A DNA stretch of 64,000 bases from Callorhinchus milii (lineage: Eukaryota). Below, one piece after another: positions 50,085-62,010 of the stretch. Positions within the stretch are counted from its first letter, which is position 1, and the number at the start of each line of letters is the position of its first letter. A model generated the notes under the pieces. That model had not been told where the DNA came from. It worked only from the letters and a program-made list of their open reading frames with translations, and searched no databases. A program made the translations under genes and the position numbers. The stretch covers positions 46,068,001 through 46,132,000 of the forward strand of contig NW_024704742.1 in the NCBI RefSeq assembly GCF_018977255.1, in the 5' to 3' direction.

Positions 50085-51087
50085 AGCAACTTTAACGTCC
50101 TACAAAACCTAAAAAGTCCTGCTTGGTTCCTGTGAGTGTCTTCTTACCTCAGGTGCTGATCACATCCGGCAAACGTAGACAACTGAGACCAAGTTATGCA
50201 TAATCTGTGGAAGTCCCATGGCATCATGGATTTTCTATAAAATCAGCATGTACCTATTGTGGATGTTTTTGTTCCTTGATATAAATACACCATTGGTTTT
50301 CTCTATAGATTGGAATACACATTCCAGGAAGACTTTCCCACCTAAGGTTCTGCTGATCACATCCTAAACCTCACTATAGCTCACAGAGCTGATACAGAAT
50401 CTTAGTGTTTTGTTCGACCTCCAACTGTTCTTCAAGTGCTACACCCAGGCTCTTATTTGTTAGTTTCCAAATTGTTGCCTACCTCTACCTACCAATTTCC
50501 CTGGGCTGCCAAAACTCTCAACCACGCCTTCATTAAATCCAAGTCATTCAAATGTCGTTCTCACTGACTCCCTAACTTCTCCCTGCACAAGCTGCAAAAT
50601 CTGCAGGTGTTATCTCACACGAGGCTCTGTAAACCAATCTTCCTTACTCTCATTCAGCTCAACAGGTTCCCTATCCCCCAGCAGATCTAATCCAAGATCC
50701 TCATTTTCAAATCCTTCCATGCTCCACCCTTCTTCTGTGACCTCCTGCAACTCTATCACTGTGACTGCATGCTCCGCTCAGCAATTGCTGGCCTGCTTAA
50801 ATGCCCTCCGTCCAACCACCTCACCATTGGTGGACAAGGTTTCAACTATTCTGCTTTTGCTCTCTGTAACTTTATCCTGGAGACCATCTGCCTTGCCACT
50901 CCAACTACTTTCAACCATTTATGCCTTCTTTAAGATCTATATTTTCCACCAAATTTTCAATTACCTTCCACCCCAACCCTCCTCTACTCCCCCATGCTCT
51001 GCAGCTTGAAGTCCCAGTCAACTGTAAAGCACTTTGAGATATTCTCCCGATATGAAAAACATTATATAAATGCAATTTTTTTGTTGC
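50085..51087 (+). mobile_element. Old L2 fragment interrupted by an insertion at about 50168-50350
   Basis: Collinear by eye with L2 10610-11460 (CCTGCTTGGTTCC, ACCTCAGG, CACGCCTTCATT, CCCTGCACAAGCTGCA, CAAGATCCTCATTTT, tail). Confidence 0.75.
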
Positions 51088-52639
51088 ACCTTGCCTATTC
51101 ATGGCGATGTACTCGTCCTGAATGATAGACTTACATAGAATCATAAAGTCGTAGGGGCAGAAAGAGGCCATTCAGCCCAACTAGTCCATGCCTGTTTTTA
51201 TACTCTACATGAGCTATCATCCCTCCTGTTCAAAGAAAATTTCTTCTTCCTGCATAATTAGATTCAGAACATATGTAGATTTGAAGAAAACAATTAGAAT
51301 GGTCTATTCATATCAGTACCTGCTCCATATAAGATTTTTAAAAACAATGTCTTTTAATTAATATGTGCAGTTACTGTATAAACACAAAACCCCTCAAGAA
51401 ACAGAAGACTTAAAATCAGTTTCAGTGCATCTTTGGATCAATTTAATGCCACATAATTTTGAATGCAGACCTTGAACCATTACATTGGGTAGTTCCGTAT
51501 AATCCTTTAAACTTTTAATTAAATACTTGGTAACACTTTCATCCAGAGCATTCATATGACTGGCAACAGAATCAAAGGCAATTTCGCCTCAATCGCTTAT
51601 CTTCAGTTCTGGTGCATGTCTTCACCAGGGAGAACTACTGAATCATCAATATTTCTAACAATGCTATTCTCAGAATATAAAGCAACATGGTGCGCTATAG
51701 GTGAGCTCATGGGATTCTACACAAAAGGTTTTCTACATTTAAATTTCAGGGAAATGGTTCATGTTAAATTAACTTTGGGTGTGGCTGTAGCTATGGAAAG
51801 ATTAACATTCTAAAATTTTGTCTTCCTTGAATCTATGGGGAAAATCATTGGTGTTTTTATATCAAGGAACAAAAACATTGACAGTAGGTACATGCTGATT
51901 TTATAGAAAATGCTACCATGTCCTGGGACTTCCACAGATTGTGAAAAACTTGGTTTCAGTTGTCTGCATTTGCATGAGCTGAAACCTTGTCTTTCCATTT
52001 TCTTTGAGAGGTGTTTTGTGACAACTAGTGGACCAACTCAGTTTTCCTGTGAAAATGTATATAAATGTATATCTCTATAAATAATACAACTCATTATCAT
52101 CAAACGTTTGTGGTGAAACTATCTGGTTAGGTAGCATTATCATCCACATTGTTGTTTTTTAATAATTTCTAGAAATCTACCAAATCTATCATTGAGCAGT
52201 GCAATGATTCAAAGAAAAACATTGTCAATTAATTGTTCTGTTTTGCAGGTTTCAAGATAAATAATAATAAATAATTTCACAGCTGCACTCATAGAGTGCC
52301 CTTCACGTGGGGCAGCGTTTTCGAACGCTTAATTCTTATATTCAATATAGTAAATTTCACATTGTGAGGATGTCTCAGACTACGCCGCAGGATTGGACTT
52401 AAAGTAAAGAAAAGCAGCAGTGAATTTGCCCACAGCGATCCAGTGAATGATTAATTTAATCTGGTGGATTTTTAGCCAGGACATCGGGAGAAATGTCCTT
52501 CTCTTTTCAAATGGATCACTAATCCGATGCTTAAACAAAGGTATATACTGCACATGCTATCCAGAATTATACCACTTACTGTAACTGTTGGTTTGGTACA
52601 GTTAAAGGCATTGTTTATTATGTGAATTGGCAACAAGGA

Positions 52640-52950
52640 TGACTCTCATTTAAATAGATGAGCTGTGAAGAACAACAAGATAAGTTAGAGTTCTTCTGCC
52701 TTAAGAAGTCTTTGGAGAAGTTTTTAGAGTATACAAGTATGATGCCAAATGAGGCTGACAAAGTAAACTCAGTCAATACTTTCGACATGCAAAATTTGCA
52801 GATAAAAGACGACACAGATTCAGGGTTGATAAGGGTACTCCAAAGCATTTCTTTACACAGAGGATAATTGACCGTTGGAACAGATTACCAGAGAGGAAGG
52901 TTGAGACCTAGATGCTGGACTCATTTAAGAAGCAGCATAATGCTGCACAG
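52640..52950 (+). mobile_element. Very old CR1 3' relic
   Basis: Degenerate Y-E-E-R-L...L.LF.L.K pattern and TTCTTTACACAGAGGATAATTGACCGTTGGAACAGATTACCAG (FFTQR...WNRLP). Confidence 0.6.
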
Positions 52951-55412
52951 GAAAGGCACCAGGGTGGGTATTTTGGAAGGGTGGTCGAAAAGTCTTCTTC
53001 ATCCACACCATTCATATGATATTAGAGATATTATTATTACACTGAGATTATACTGTCCACAAACAATCAACCTGCTTAAATCGTATTATTGAAACTATTT
53101 GACTCTGGACACATTGAAGCCTGATTAACAAGGCCACAATTGTTTCGATAATAGGAGGGCACCTTTACAATGGATGTACCTTAGCTATGTACTTTAAAAG
53201 AGAAATGATCAAAGCATACATTGGTAATGAACTGTTGCACATGAACACGTCTATGGCACAGCAAGTCTGTTCTGTGTTAAAATGTAAAATTACATATAAT
53301 TGTGAAAAATTCTTAAATGGAGCTTTTATATGGAAGCCTGTTTTCTGCAGTTCTTCAAAAAAAAATTCTAATTTAGAACTTTCCTAAACAAATCTGTGTG
53401 CCTTTAAATTTTAAGACAAAATTATCTTACAGACTTCGTTAGAATAGAAGAAATTTCGAGCTTCAGATTATATGTTGTGCATCAATAGGACTGCATGCAC
53501 ATTGTAAAATTGGACCTGTGACTGAATGTAATCACAAGAGTTTTGTAGTTCAAGGCTGTGATTTTGTATCTGTTATTTAAACCTAGATACTTGAAACATA
53601 GATAACTGGGAAAGAGTTACAAGCCTCAAATAAAATGGAAGTATTTGGATACCAATATAAATCATGACAGAAATCTCAAGTGGTTTCTAAATGACATCTG
53701 AATGTTATGATTGTCACACCCTTGACAGACTTCCCAGCAATTTCTCATTTCACGTAACCTATTAATTGCCTCTCTTTTTTTTGCACTGATCTGAACTGCG
53801 AAAGAATCAAGAGTTGTTTATTGCTGTGTAAAATCATATATGTTTTTAGATAATCAATATTTGGAGGCAAACCTTGTTAACTATCACAATGCTGTCACTG
53901 CTCCTACTGTGTTGCAATAATACTGAATTGTTGTAACTGATATATTTTCACAGAATGCCTTACGGGCTTTTGTTTCTATTTCCGTGAAGTAGGATTAAGA
54001 GTAAATAATTACTATGCGAACACCATGAGCTGCAGATACAATATCACCAAATAGGACACATGTTTTACAATGGATCATACAAGTTTAAATAAGTGAAACA
54101 AAAGGTAAAATAACAAAATAAATAAGTAAAACATTGGTCCGCGAATTTGATGATCAAAGAACTGAAGTATCAATCAATAAATTGTCCTTTTCCATGTGAA
54201 CAAAACCAATTTAAATCATAAAAAATCCTGGAAGCTTTCCATGCATTTGCAGTTTGTAAAAACACTTCTGCTTTGTTTTTAAAAAATATTGGGGTACGAC
54301 TTGTGTTAATTCCTACAAGTGATAATTATGGCATTGCCGATGATTGTGGTCAAGGCATTTAGTAACTGACCCCTCTGTGTGGATGTATGGCCTGATTGCT
54401 TCACAGTGGTTGGGGCTAAAGTAAACTATGGCATCCTGTACTATGTGACAGTTTGTGTCATTTTCAGCTCAGGAACCTCTAATTAAGTGCTGTTTTATGG
54501 GATATTCACTGAACCAGGACTTTTATATTGAACTGATGTGGTATCCTGTGGACCAGCGCTCCACAGCAAGCTCTACAGGCCAAAGGTACAATGTGGTAAT
54601 CTTTAGTTGTTGATTGTCTTCACCCACTTATCAACAATGATGATTATCATTGGTAATAATTAACTTACATCACAATTTTCATTCTATTTTGCCTTCTTCT
54701 ACCTAGTTTTCAATGACACTAGCCCTTGCATTTATATAGAATCCTTCACTTAGGAAGGCATCTCTTTGCAGCGATTAGCTTTTGGGTGAAACAATTTAAA
54801 TAAGGATTGAATGTCATATTTTCTGTTACTGCAGTTATTGATTTGTACGTTACCAGCAGGGAAATGTTCCATATTGTGATGCTGCATTTTGTATGCTACA
54901 AAATCCAAGACATCCCACACAGAAGAAGGTCAGTTTGCCGATTGAGCCTATGTTACTAATAATAATAATTGCTTTTGATATAGTGCGTTTGCACATCACC
55001 ACCGGAGCTATTTACTTTAATCCCAATTCCCTGCTCTTTCCCTGTACCCTTTTACAATTGCTAATAAGTCATTCTAAGGAGTGATTTGAGTATTGTTTGT
55101 CCATGAGATTCAAGGGGGGATGTTTCCCTTGTTCTTGATTGTGTCACTTGTTACTTTGCAGTGTGGTAACACAGTTTGATCTGTCACTTTACACCAGTAT
55201 ATCAAAGGGAGTAAACACTATAATGCCAGATTTGCAACCGCTTCTCCTATATCATTCAACCACATGCTATTTGAGACTCTCTGCTTGCTTATGTAAGCCT
55301 TATAAATACTAACCTACTTCCCTCTAGCTGAAACTAAACCTTGTCAGCATTAATCTGAACATCCCACTTTCCACATTTTAACCTCTCCTTATTCAAATGA
55401 ATTTCAATATAG

Positions 55413-55612
55413 ATAATAATAATCCCTCCAAAAACAAAAACAATAATAGATTGGTCATTTTCAATCCACGACTGTTTTTGGGACACTGCTGTGCACAATT
55501 GGCTGCCATGTTTCGCCCACAACTATACAGTCAATTCTCTTTACATATTGAGACATCCAGAAGAAGTGAAAAGCGCTATATCAAATGCAAGGATTATTAT
55601 TATTATATTATT
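55413..55612 (+). mobile_element. 5'-truncated young SINE (short-variant body)
   Basis: AATAATCCCTCCAAAAAC, TTGGTCATTTTCAATCCACG and GCGCTATATCAAATGCAAGG(ATT)n, near-identical to 13160-13372. Confidence 0.9.
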
Positions 55613-57770
55613 AAGTGTGAGGTATTACATTTTGGTAGGAGGAATTAGGAGGTCACATACTGCTCAGAAAATAAGAATCTAAACGGGGTAGAGGAGCAAA
55701 GGGATCTAGGGGTACAGATACACAAATTGCTAAAAGTAGCAATGCAGGTTAATAAAGCTATATAAAAAAAGAAAAACAAGCATTGGGGTTCATTTCTAGA
55801 GGAATAGAAATGAAAAGCAGGGAAATTTATATCAAACCTTGGTTAGACCACACTTGGAGTACTGGGTACAGTTCTGGTCCTCATATTATAGAAAGGATAT
55901 AGAGGCAATTGAGAAGGTGCAAAGGAGATTTACAAGGCTTGTTCAGGAAAGGCTGAACAAGCTTGGACTCATCTCTTGAAAACAGAAGGGTGAAGGGTGA
56001 CTTAATAGAGGTCTTTAAAATGATGAAAGGTTTTGATAGGGTAAACACAAAGAAGATATTTCTACTTGTTGGGGAGACCAAAACCAGAGGCCATATGTAT
56101 GAAATCATAGAATCATAGAATTGTACAGCACAGAAGGAGGCTATTCGGCCCATCGTGTCTGTGCTGGCTCTTTGAAAAGAGCTAACCAATTCAATCAACT
56201 CCCCTGCTCTCTCTCCATAGTGCTGCAAACTTGTCCTCCCCAAATAATTATCTACTTCTCTCTTAAAAGTTGTTAATGAATTGGCTTCCACCACCCTTTC
56301 AGGCAATGCTTTCCAGATCCAAACAACTTGCTGTATGAAAACATTTCTCCTCACCTCCCCTGTTTTTTTTAACAACTATTTTAAATCGGTGTCCTCAGGT
56401 TACCGACCCACCCGCCAGTGGAAATAGTTTCTAACTTGTTCACTGTATCAAATCCCCTCATAATTTTAAAAACTTCTATTAAGTCTCCTCTTAACCTTCT
56501 CTGTTCCAAGGAGAATAATCCCAGCTTCTCTAGCCTCTCCTGATATCTGAATTCCCTCATTTCTGATACCATCCTGGTAAATCTCCTTTGCACTCTCTCC
56601 AATGCCTTGACATCCTTCCCAGAACTGAACACAGTCTCGAGCTGAGGCCTAACTAGCGTTTTATAAAGGTTCATCATAACTTCCTGACTTTTGTATTCTA
56701 TGCCCCTATTTATAAAGCCTAGTATTACGTATGCTTTTTTAACAGCTTTATCTACCTGTCCTGCCACCTTCTAAGATTTACTTATATGAAACCCCAGGTC
56801 TCTCTGTTCCTTCACCCCCTTTAAAATTGTACCATCAGCTTATATTGCCCCTCATTCTTCCTCCCAAAAATGCAACACTTTGCATTTCTCCACATTAAGC
56901 TTCATCTGCCACGTGTCTGCCCATTTTACAATTATGTCTATGTCCTCTTGTAATCTACTACTATCCGCCTGACTGTTTTCTACTTTTCCTAGCTTAGTCT
57001 CATCTGAAAACTTGGAAATTGTACTCCCTATACCCAAGTCCAGGTCAATTATATAGATCAAAAACATCAGTGGTTCTAATACTGACCCCTGGGTGACACC
57101 ACTGCACAGTTCCCTCCAGTCAGAAAAACAACCATTCACCACCACTCTCTGCTTTCTGTCTCCCAGCCAGTTCTGTATCAATGCTGCCGCTGATCCTTTA
57201 ACACATTGGGCTTCTATTTATCTTACAAGGCTCTTATATGGCACTTTAGCAAACGCCTTTTAAAATCCATATAAACTACATCAACTGCTCTACCTTCTCC
57301 GTTACTTCATCGAAAAACTCTATCAGGTTTGTTAGACATGATTTGCCTTTAACAATTCCTTGTTGGCTGTCCTTTATTAAGCCATATTTTTCTAAGTGAA
57401 AATTTATTTTGTCTCAGATTATAGTCTCTAGACGTTTCCCCACAACTAACGTTAGGCTGTAATTCACGGATTTATCCTTCGGTTTTAAATAGTCACCAAT
57501 AAATCAAGTAGGGAAGTCAGAAGAATCTTCTTTACACAGAGTTTGGTGGGAATGAGGAACTTGCTATCACAAGGAGTAGTTGAGGTGAATAGCATAAACG
57601 CATTTAAGGGGAAGCTACATAGGTACATGAGGGAGAAAGGAATAGAAGGTTATGCTGATGGTTTAGTTGAGGAAGGGCAGGAGGAGGATCAAATGGAGCA
57701 TAAGCGCTGGCATAGACCAGTTGGGCCAAAATGGCCTGTTTCTGTGCTGTATATTCTATGTAATTCTATA
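55613..57770 (+). mobile_element. CR1 (family C) host, split into 55613-56105 and 57487-57770
   Basis: [19 protein letters not shown] and ACCAGAGGCCAT (TRGH) on the left; resumes ATAGTCACCAATAAATC...TTCTTTACACAGAG and ends GGCCTGTTTCTGTGCTGTATATTCTATGTAATTCTAT. Confidence 0.9.
56106..57486 (-). mobile_element. CR1 (family A) nested in the family C copy
   Basis: WLGDRKQRVVVNG, QGSVLEP, KFSDETKL, LYKTLVRPQLE and LRGDLIEVFKIM; (ATTCTATG)n tail at 56106; AAAT present at both junctions. Confidence 0.95.
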
Positions 57771-57825
57771 TATTTTACAGTTCCCTTGTTTATTTCCTTA
57801 GTGTAGAGATAAGGAAACCACATTA

Positions 57826-58040
57826 CAACAACAACAACAAGATTCCATTTATAACGCGCCTTTCACGTCAGGAGGACGTCCCAAGGTGCTGCACAGTTGG
57901 GTCATGACCCGAGCAGGGGGGAAATGGTCAGGGGAGGGGAGGGAGCGAGGAGGGGGGAATGGTCAGGGTGAGGGGAGGGAAGGGAGGGAGCGAGGAGGGG
58001 GAAGAGAGTCGAGAGGGGAGCTGAAGGCTCGGTCAAAGAG
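57826..58040 (-). mobile_element. L2 3' fragment with an internally duplicated G-rich tract
   Basis: (CAA)n tail and intact stem-loop; AATGGTCAGGG...GGGAGGGAGCGAGGAGGGGG occurs twice at 57916-58005. Confidence 0.88.
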
Positions 58041-58348
58041 AAAAATGATCATTAATGATCATTGTTAAATGCACAGAGATCTGGGGGCATTTTAAGGGGG
58101 TGGATTCTAGCAGTGGAATACGTAGAGTAGCACAGGTGATGACAGTATTCACAGAGGCTGTTTTAAGTGTTGCATTTTCCTGTAGTAAAATTACCTTTAA
58201 CATTGCTCCTTATGTGCTGTTACCTCAGTCAGTTCCCCGCAGACACATTTTCTCACAGTCACAGTATGTGGTCAGAATGAGTGCTACCTACACAACATGA
58301 AGGTTTGGCACAACCAACTGGTTTTCTGAACTTTGTCTTTGGCAACAG

Positions 58349-58699
58349 AATAATAATAATCTTTGCATTTGATATAGCACTGTATCACGTCTTTGAGATG
58401 TCTCAAAGCACTTTTTTTATACTGTAAAGTGAATTGACTATTTATTTTAGGGTGAAATGTGACAGCCAATTGCACATAGCAGTGTCCCATAAACAGTCGT
58501 GGATTGAGTGACCAAATTATTATTTTTTAAAAACAATTTTGTAGGGATTCTTACCCCCAGAAAAGTGATCCGTCAATCAACTAAAAACTAAATTCCTACT
58601 GACTGCTAGGTAAAGAGAGGCATGTGGATTAAGGAAATTTGCCTAACATTTCACCCTGCCCGGGATTCGAACCCAGGTCCTCTCACTTCAGGACTCCAC
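58349..58699 (-). mobile_element. tRNA(Ala)-like SINE, long variant, with a deletion in the head
   Basis: Tail, Deu 3' half, extra segment and B box GGGTTCGAATCCCG present; the A-box arm is missing between TCTCACTT and CAGGACTCCAC. Confidence 0.88.
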
Positions 58700-59009
58700 A
58701 TTAGGTGATTACTAAACTATCAAAGGGACTTTGACAATTAATTATTAAGGATGAAATAAAATAAAGCATGAGTGCTTTCTGGTAGCTTTTCAAAAAATGT
58801 AGTCTCGAATAACATTGGAGTCTAACTTAAGCTGATTATTAAAAAATAACAATCATCCCATCATAAGTATATGATAGACAAGAAGGTATTTATATTTCAG
58901 CAGTTTTTGTTCTTACTATGTAAAACATAGCTTTAAGGTGCATATTTTCACAATTTTTAGCAGCATCTAAGGAAATAAGGATAATCTTATCAACTTGTGG
59001 GACACACTG

Positions 59010-59510
59010 AGATCGTACCTGCCTCTTCCAGGAAGATGTTGAGATCCAGCGATACTATTCAAAAAGAAAGGTACATTTCTTGCAATGTCCTGGTCAAGCA
59101 TCCTCCAGAAAAAAATATTCACCTTATGACTGTTTGTGGGACCTTTCTCTGTGCAAAATGGTTACAAACTTAGCAAACGATATCAGTCACTACATTGACA
59201 ATAATTACTGCAAAAAGATTTGGGACATATTGACATGAAAAGGACTTTTGCAAATGCAATGTATTTTTTTTCTCTCTCTCAACATAACACATAATAACAG
59301 TCCTTGCATACAGTGCCTTATCACATCGAGACATTTCAAAGTGTTTTAGAGGATTTATGTGTAAAGTGTAGCGAATGTATTTTGTAGGTAAATGAGGATG
59401 CAAATTCGGGCGCAACAATGTCCCACAAATAGTTGTGAAGTAAATGACCAATTTCTACCTGGGTTTGGGGGGGCAGGGGGGATGTAGTTAACCAAGACGC
59501 TGGGAGAAAC
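59010..59510. mobile_element. Two old Deu-type SINE fragments, tail to tail (+ about 59010-59265; - about 59290-59510)
   Basis: ACTATTCAAAAAG, TGTCCTGGTCAA and GACTGTTTGTGGGA on +; CCTTGCAT, ATGTCCCACAAA and ATGACCAATTT on -. Confidence 0.7.
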
Positions 59511-60124
59511 TATAAAATGTGGAGCTGATACTCTAATTAGTGCACTTTTTCGATGTTGCTTATATGTAACCCAACATACACGTGTTGGTACTACATGTAT
59601 GCCTCATGAGGCACCAACAATAATATATTGTTTTCTATATTTCCATCACAATGCTCCCCATAGACTCATAATAATGGGGAAGAATTCCACCCCAGTTGTT
59701 AGCCTATACTTGCAAATTTCACAACAACAATAAATAAACCAACTTCTTTTGCCTTTGACCCAAACTATCTGAATCTTATTGAGGCTAAGAAATAAAATTG
59801 CTATATTCTATGAAAATCAATATCATTAACTTGAGTACAATTTGTAATGGGGCAGAAATAATTATTTCATCAATTCCCTTTAAATATGCTAATCTTTAAG
59901 AAACAGTTGCCTGAAGTCCCAAATAATAGCATTCTGCACTAATGACGTAAATTGTTGAATATAACAACTGGCTATTTTTATAATGTATTTAGGACTACTG
60001 TAAGAGTGAAATAATGTTTTGATTTGTGTGTATATATTTATAAAGCTTTATTGCATTCCCGAGTGGATAATTTGTCATCCTTTGTTAAAAAATTGTTTTA
60101 TTGGAATACCAGCATAATAAGATC

Positions 60125-60787
60125 ACAACAACAACAACAAATTACATTTGTATAGCGCCTTTTACATCAGGAGGACATCCCAAGGCGCTAGACAGTTAGG
60201 GATGTGCACCCAAACTGGTGGTTGGGATCGGGAGGGGTGGAGAGCAGGGAGGGTAGGGGTAGGAAGGTGACCGAAGGCACGGTCGAAAAGGAGAGTCTTG
60301 AGATGGGGGCAAGGGAGGAGGCGAGGTGGAGGGACTGTGGAATGCAGTTCCAGAGGGAGGAGCATAGAGGCTGAAGGCCTGCCAATGGTGGGGTGAGCAA
60401 GGTGGGGGGTATGAAGCAGGCAGGAGCCCGCTGATGGAGGGAGTGGACAGGTTGGTAGCGGGTTAGGAGGTCACAATGATAGGGAGGAGCAAGGCTGCGG
60501 AGGGTCTTAAAAATGAGGACCAGGAGCTTGAACTGTAGCCTCTGAGTAATGGGGAGCCAGTGGAGCCAGGCGAGGATAGGGGTGATAGGGTCACAGAGCC
60601 TGGTGCGGAAGAGGACATGGGTGCAGAGTTCTGGATGATCTATAGCCTATGGAGGGAGGAGTTGGGGAGGCCGACAAGCAGGGAGTTTGCATAGTCGAGC
60701 CTCAAAGTAATGAAGGCATGTATGGGTGTCTAGGCAGCTTGCAGTGAGAGACAGTGGCGGAGATAGGTAATGTTGCGGAGGTGGGGA
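60125..60787 (-). mobile_element. L2 3' fragment
   Basis: (CAA)n tail, AGCGCCTT...AAGGCGCT stem, GAGCCAGTGGAGC (LHWL) and ATAGTCGAG (RLDY). Confidence 0.92.
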
Positions 60788-61357
60788 CGCCGGAGTGGGT
60801 ATACAAGAGTTAAGGGTATACATAGGAAGTCCAAATAGGAGATTCAAACCAAGTGAAGATTAAATAAACAAGCATTTGACAGTGAATCACAGGAAACTAA
60901 ATTAAAGATAAAGTGAAGATTTTGCCTTGATGGAATGTCAATTAGATGGAAAGGGGTACTTAACTTGAAACATTTTGGTCTTTCCCTATATATACCGTAT
61001 ATGTCAGATGAATGCAGCAGGGAATTTAGAAAAAAATATCTCACTGAGACTTTCTTGGCCTAATAAGCAAAGAGCTCCATATGGAGAAAATATGACAAAC
61101 CTGCTAAGCCATATGTTGCATTGTGGGCTGATGGACTGCCTGCAGAGTGTCACAGACTTGTGTAAATAAACAGATTGCTACCCATGCATGATACTTCCAG
61201 CGCAACCAAACCTGGAGAAGAGGATATTTTGAGTGTGGGAATGAAGGCTTTCTGATTAGTTCCTGAAACCTGTTCATTTGGTCCACAAACCAGAATTATG
61301 TGATCACTGGGCAGGATAGCCTTAGATGAACATTTAAAGGTGCCTGTTTCACTATTA

Positions 61358-62010
61358 ATTGTCTTGCATTTGATATAGCAGCTTTCAAGTCCGGAGGCCA
61401 CTTCAAAGTGCTTTCCAGGATTTATAGTAAAGAGTTCATGACTTGTAGATAAACATATTTTGTAGATGAATGTGGCAGCCAATTTGCACACAGCAATATC
61501 CCACAAACACCCAACCTCTCCTCGCTTCGGGCTCTGATCCATTTATACCCCTGACTGTTTTCTCAAACTCACTGAACCAGTGCACAACCTTGGCATCTGG
61601 TTCAATCCTCAGCTCTCCTTTCTCACTCAAGTTCAATCCCTGACCAAGAATCCCTGTCTTTTATACCTCTGGTACATTGCCTACCTCCGCCCTTATCTCA
61701 CAGGAAATACCACTGAAACTTTTCTCTGCGTCTTTGATTGATTTGAAGGTTCTCATCCTCACCTATGAATTCCTACATGTTCTATCAAATCCCTATCTCC
61801 CTGTATTGCTCCTACCCCACTCTTCTTGCCCCTTCTTGCATTTTCCTGCCTGTTCCCATGCCCTTTTATGTTTCACCTTTATAGATATTTATCTAATTCA
61901 CTATAAAAAGCTAACATATAATCTGCCTTACCCACAATTCCAGGTAGGGTATTACTCAACTTGACAGCGCTCTGTGTAAAAAAAAATCCTCTAACCTTTC
62001 CTTTGCTTGA
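61358..62010. mobile_element. Cluster of old fragments: SINE tail (-, 61358-61510), L2 (+, 61510-61860), CR1 (-, 61880-62010)
   Basis: TTGCATTTGATATAGC and GCAGCCAATTTGCACACAGC; AACCTTGGCATCTGGTTCAATCCTC; minus-strand FFTQSAVK...LP. Confidence 0.65.

Noticed and set aside
52658..52867. Protein-like ORF MSCEEQQDKLEFFCLKK...
   Set aside because: Explained as a decayed CR1 ORF2 C-terminus.
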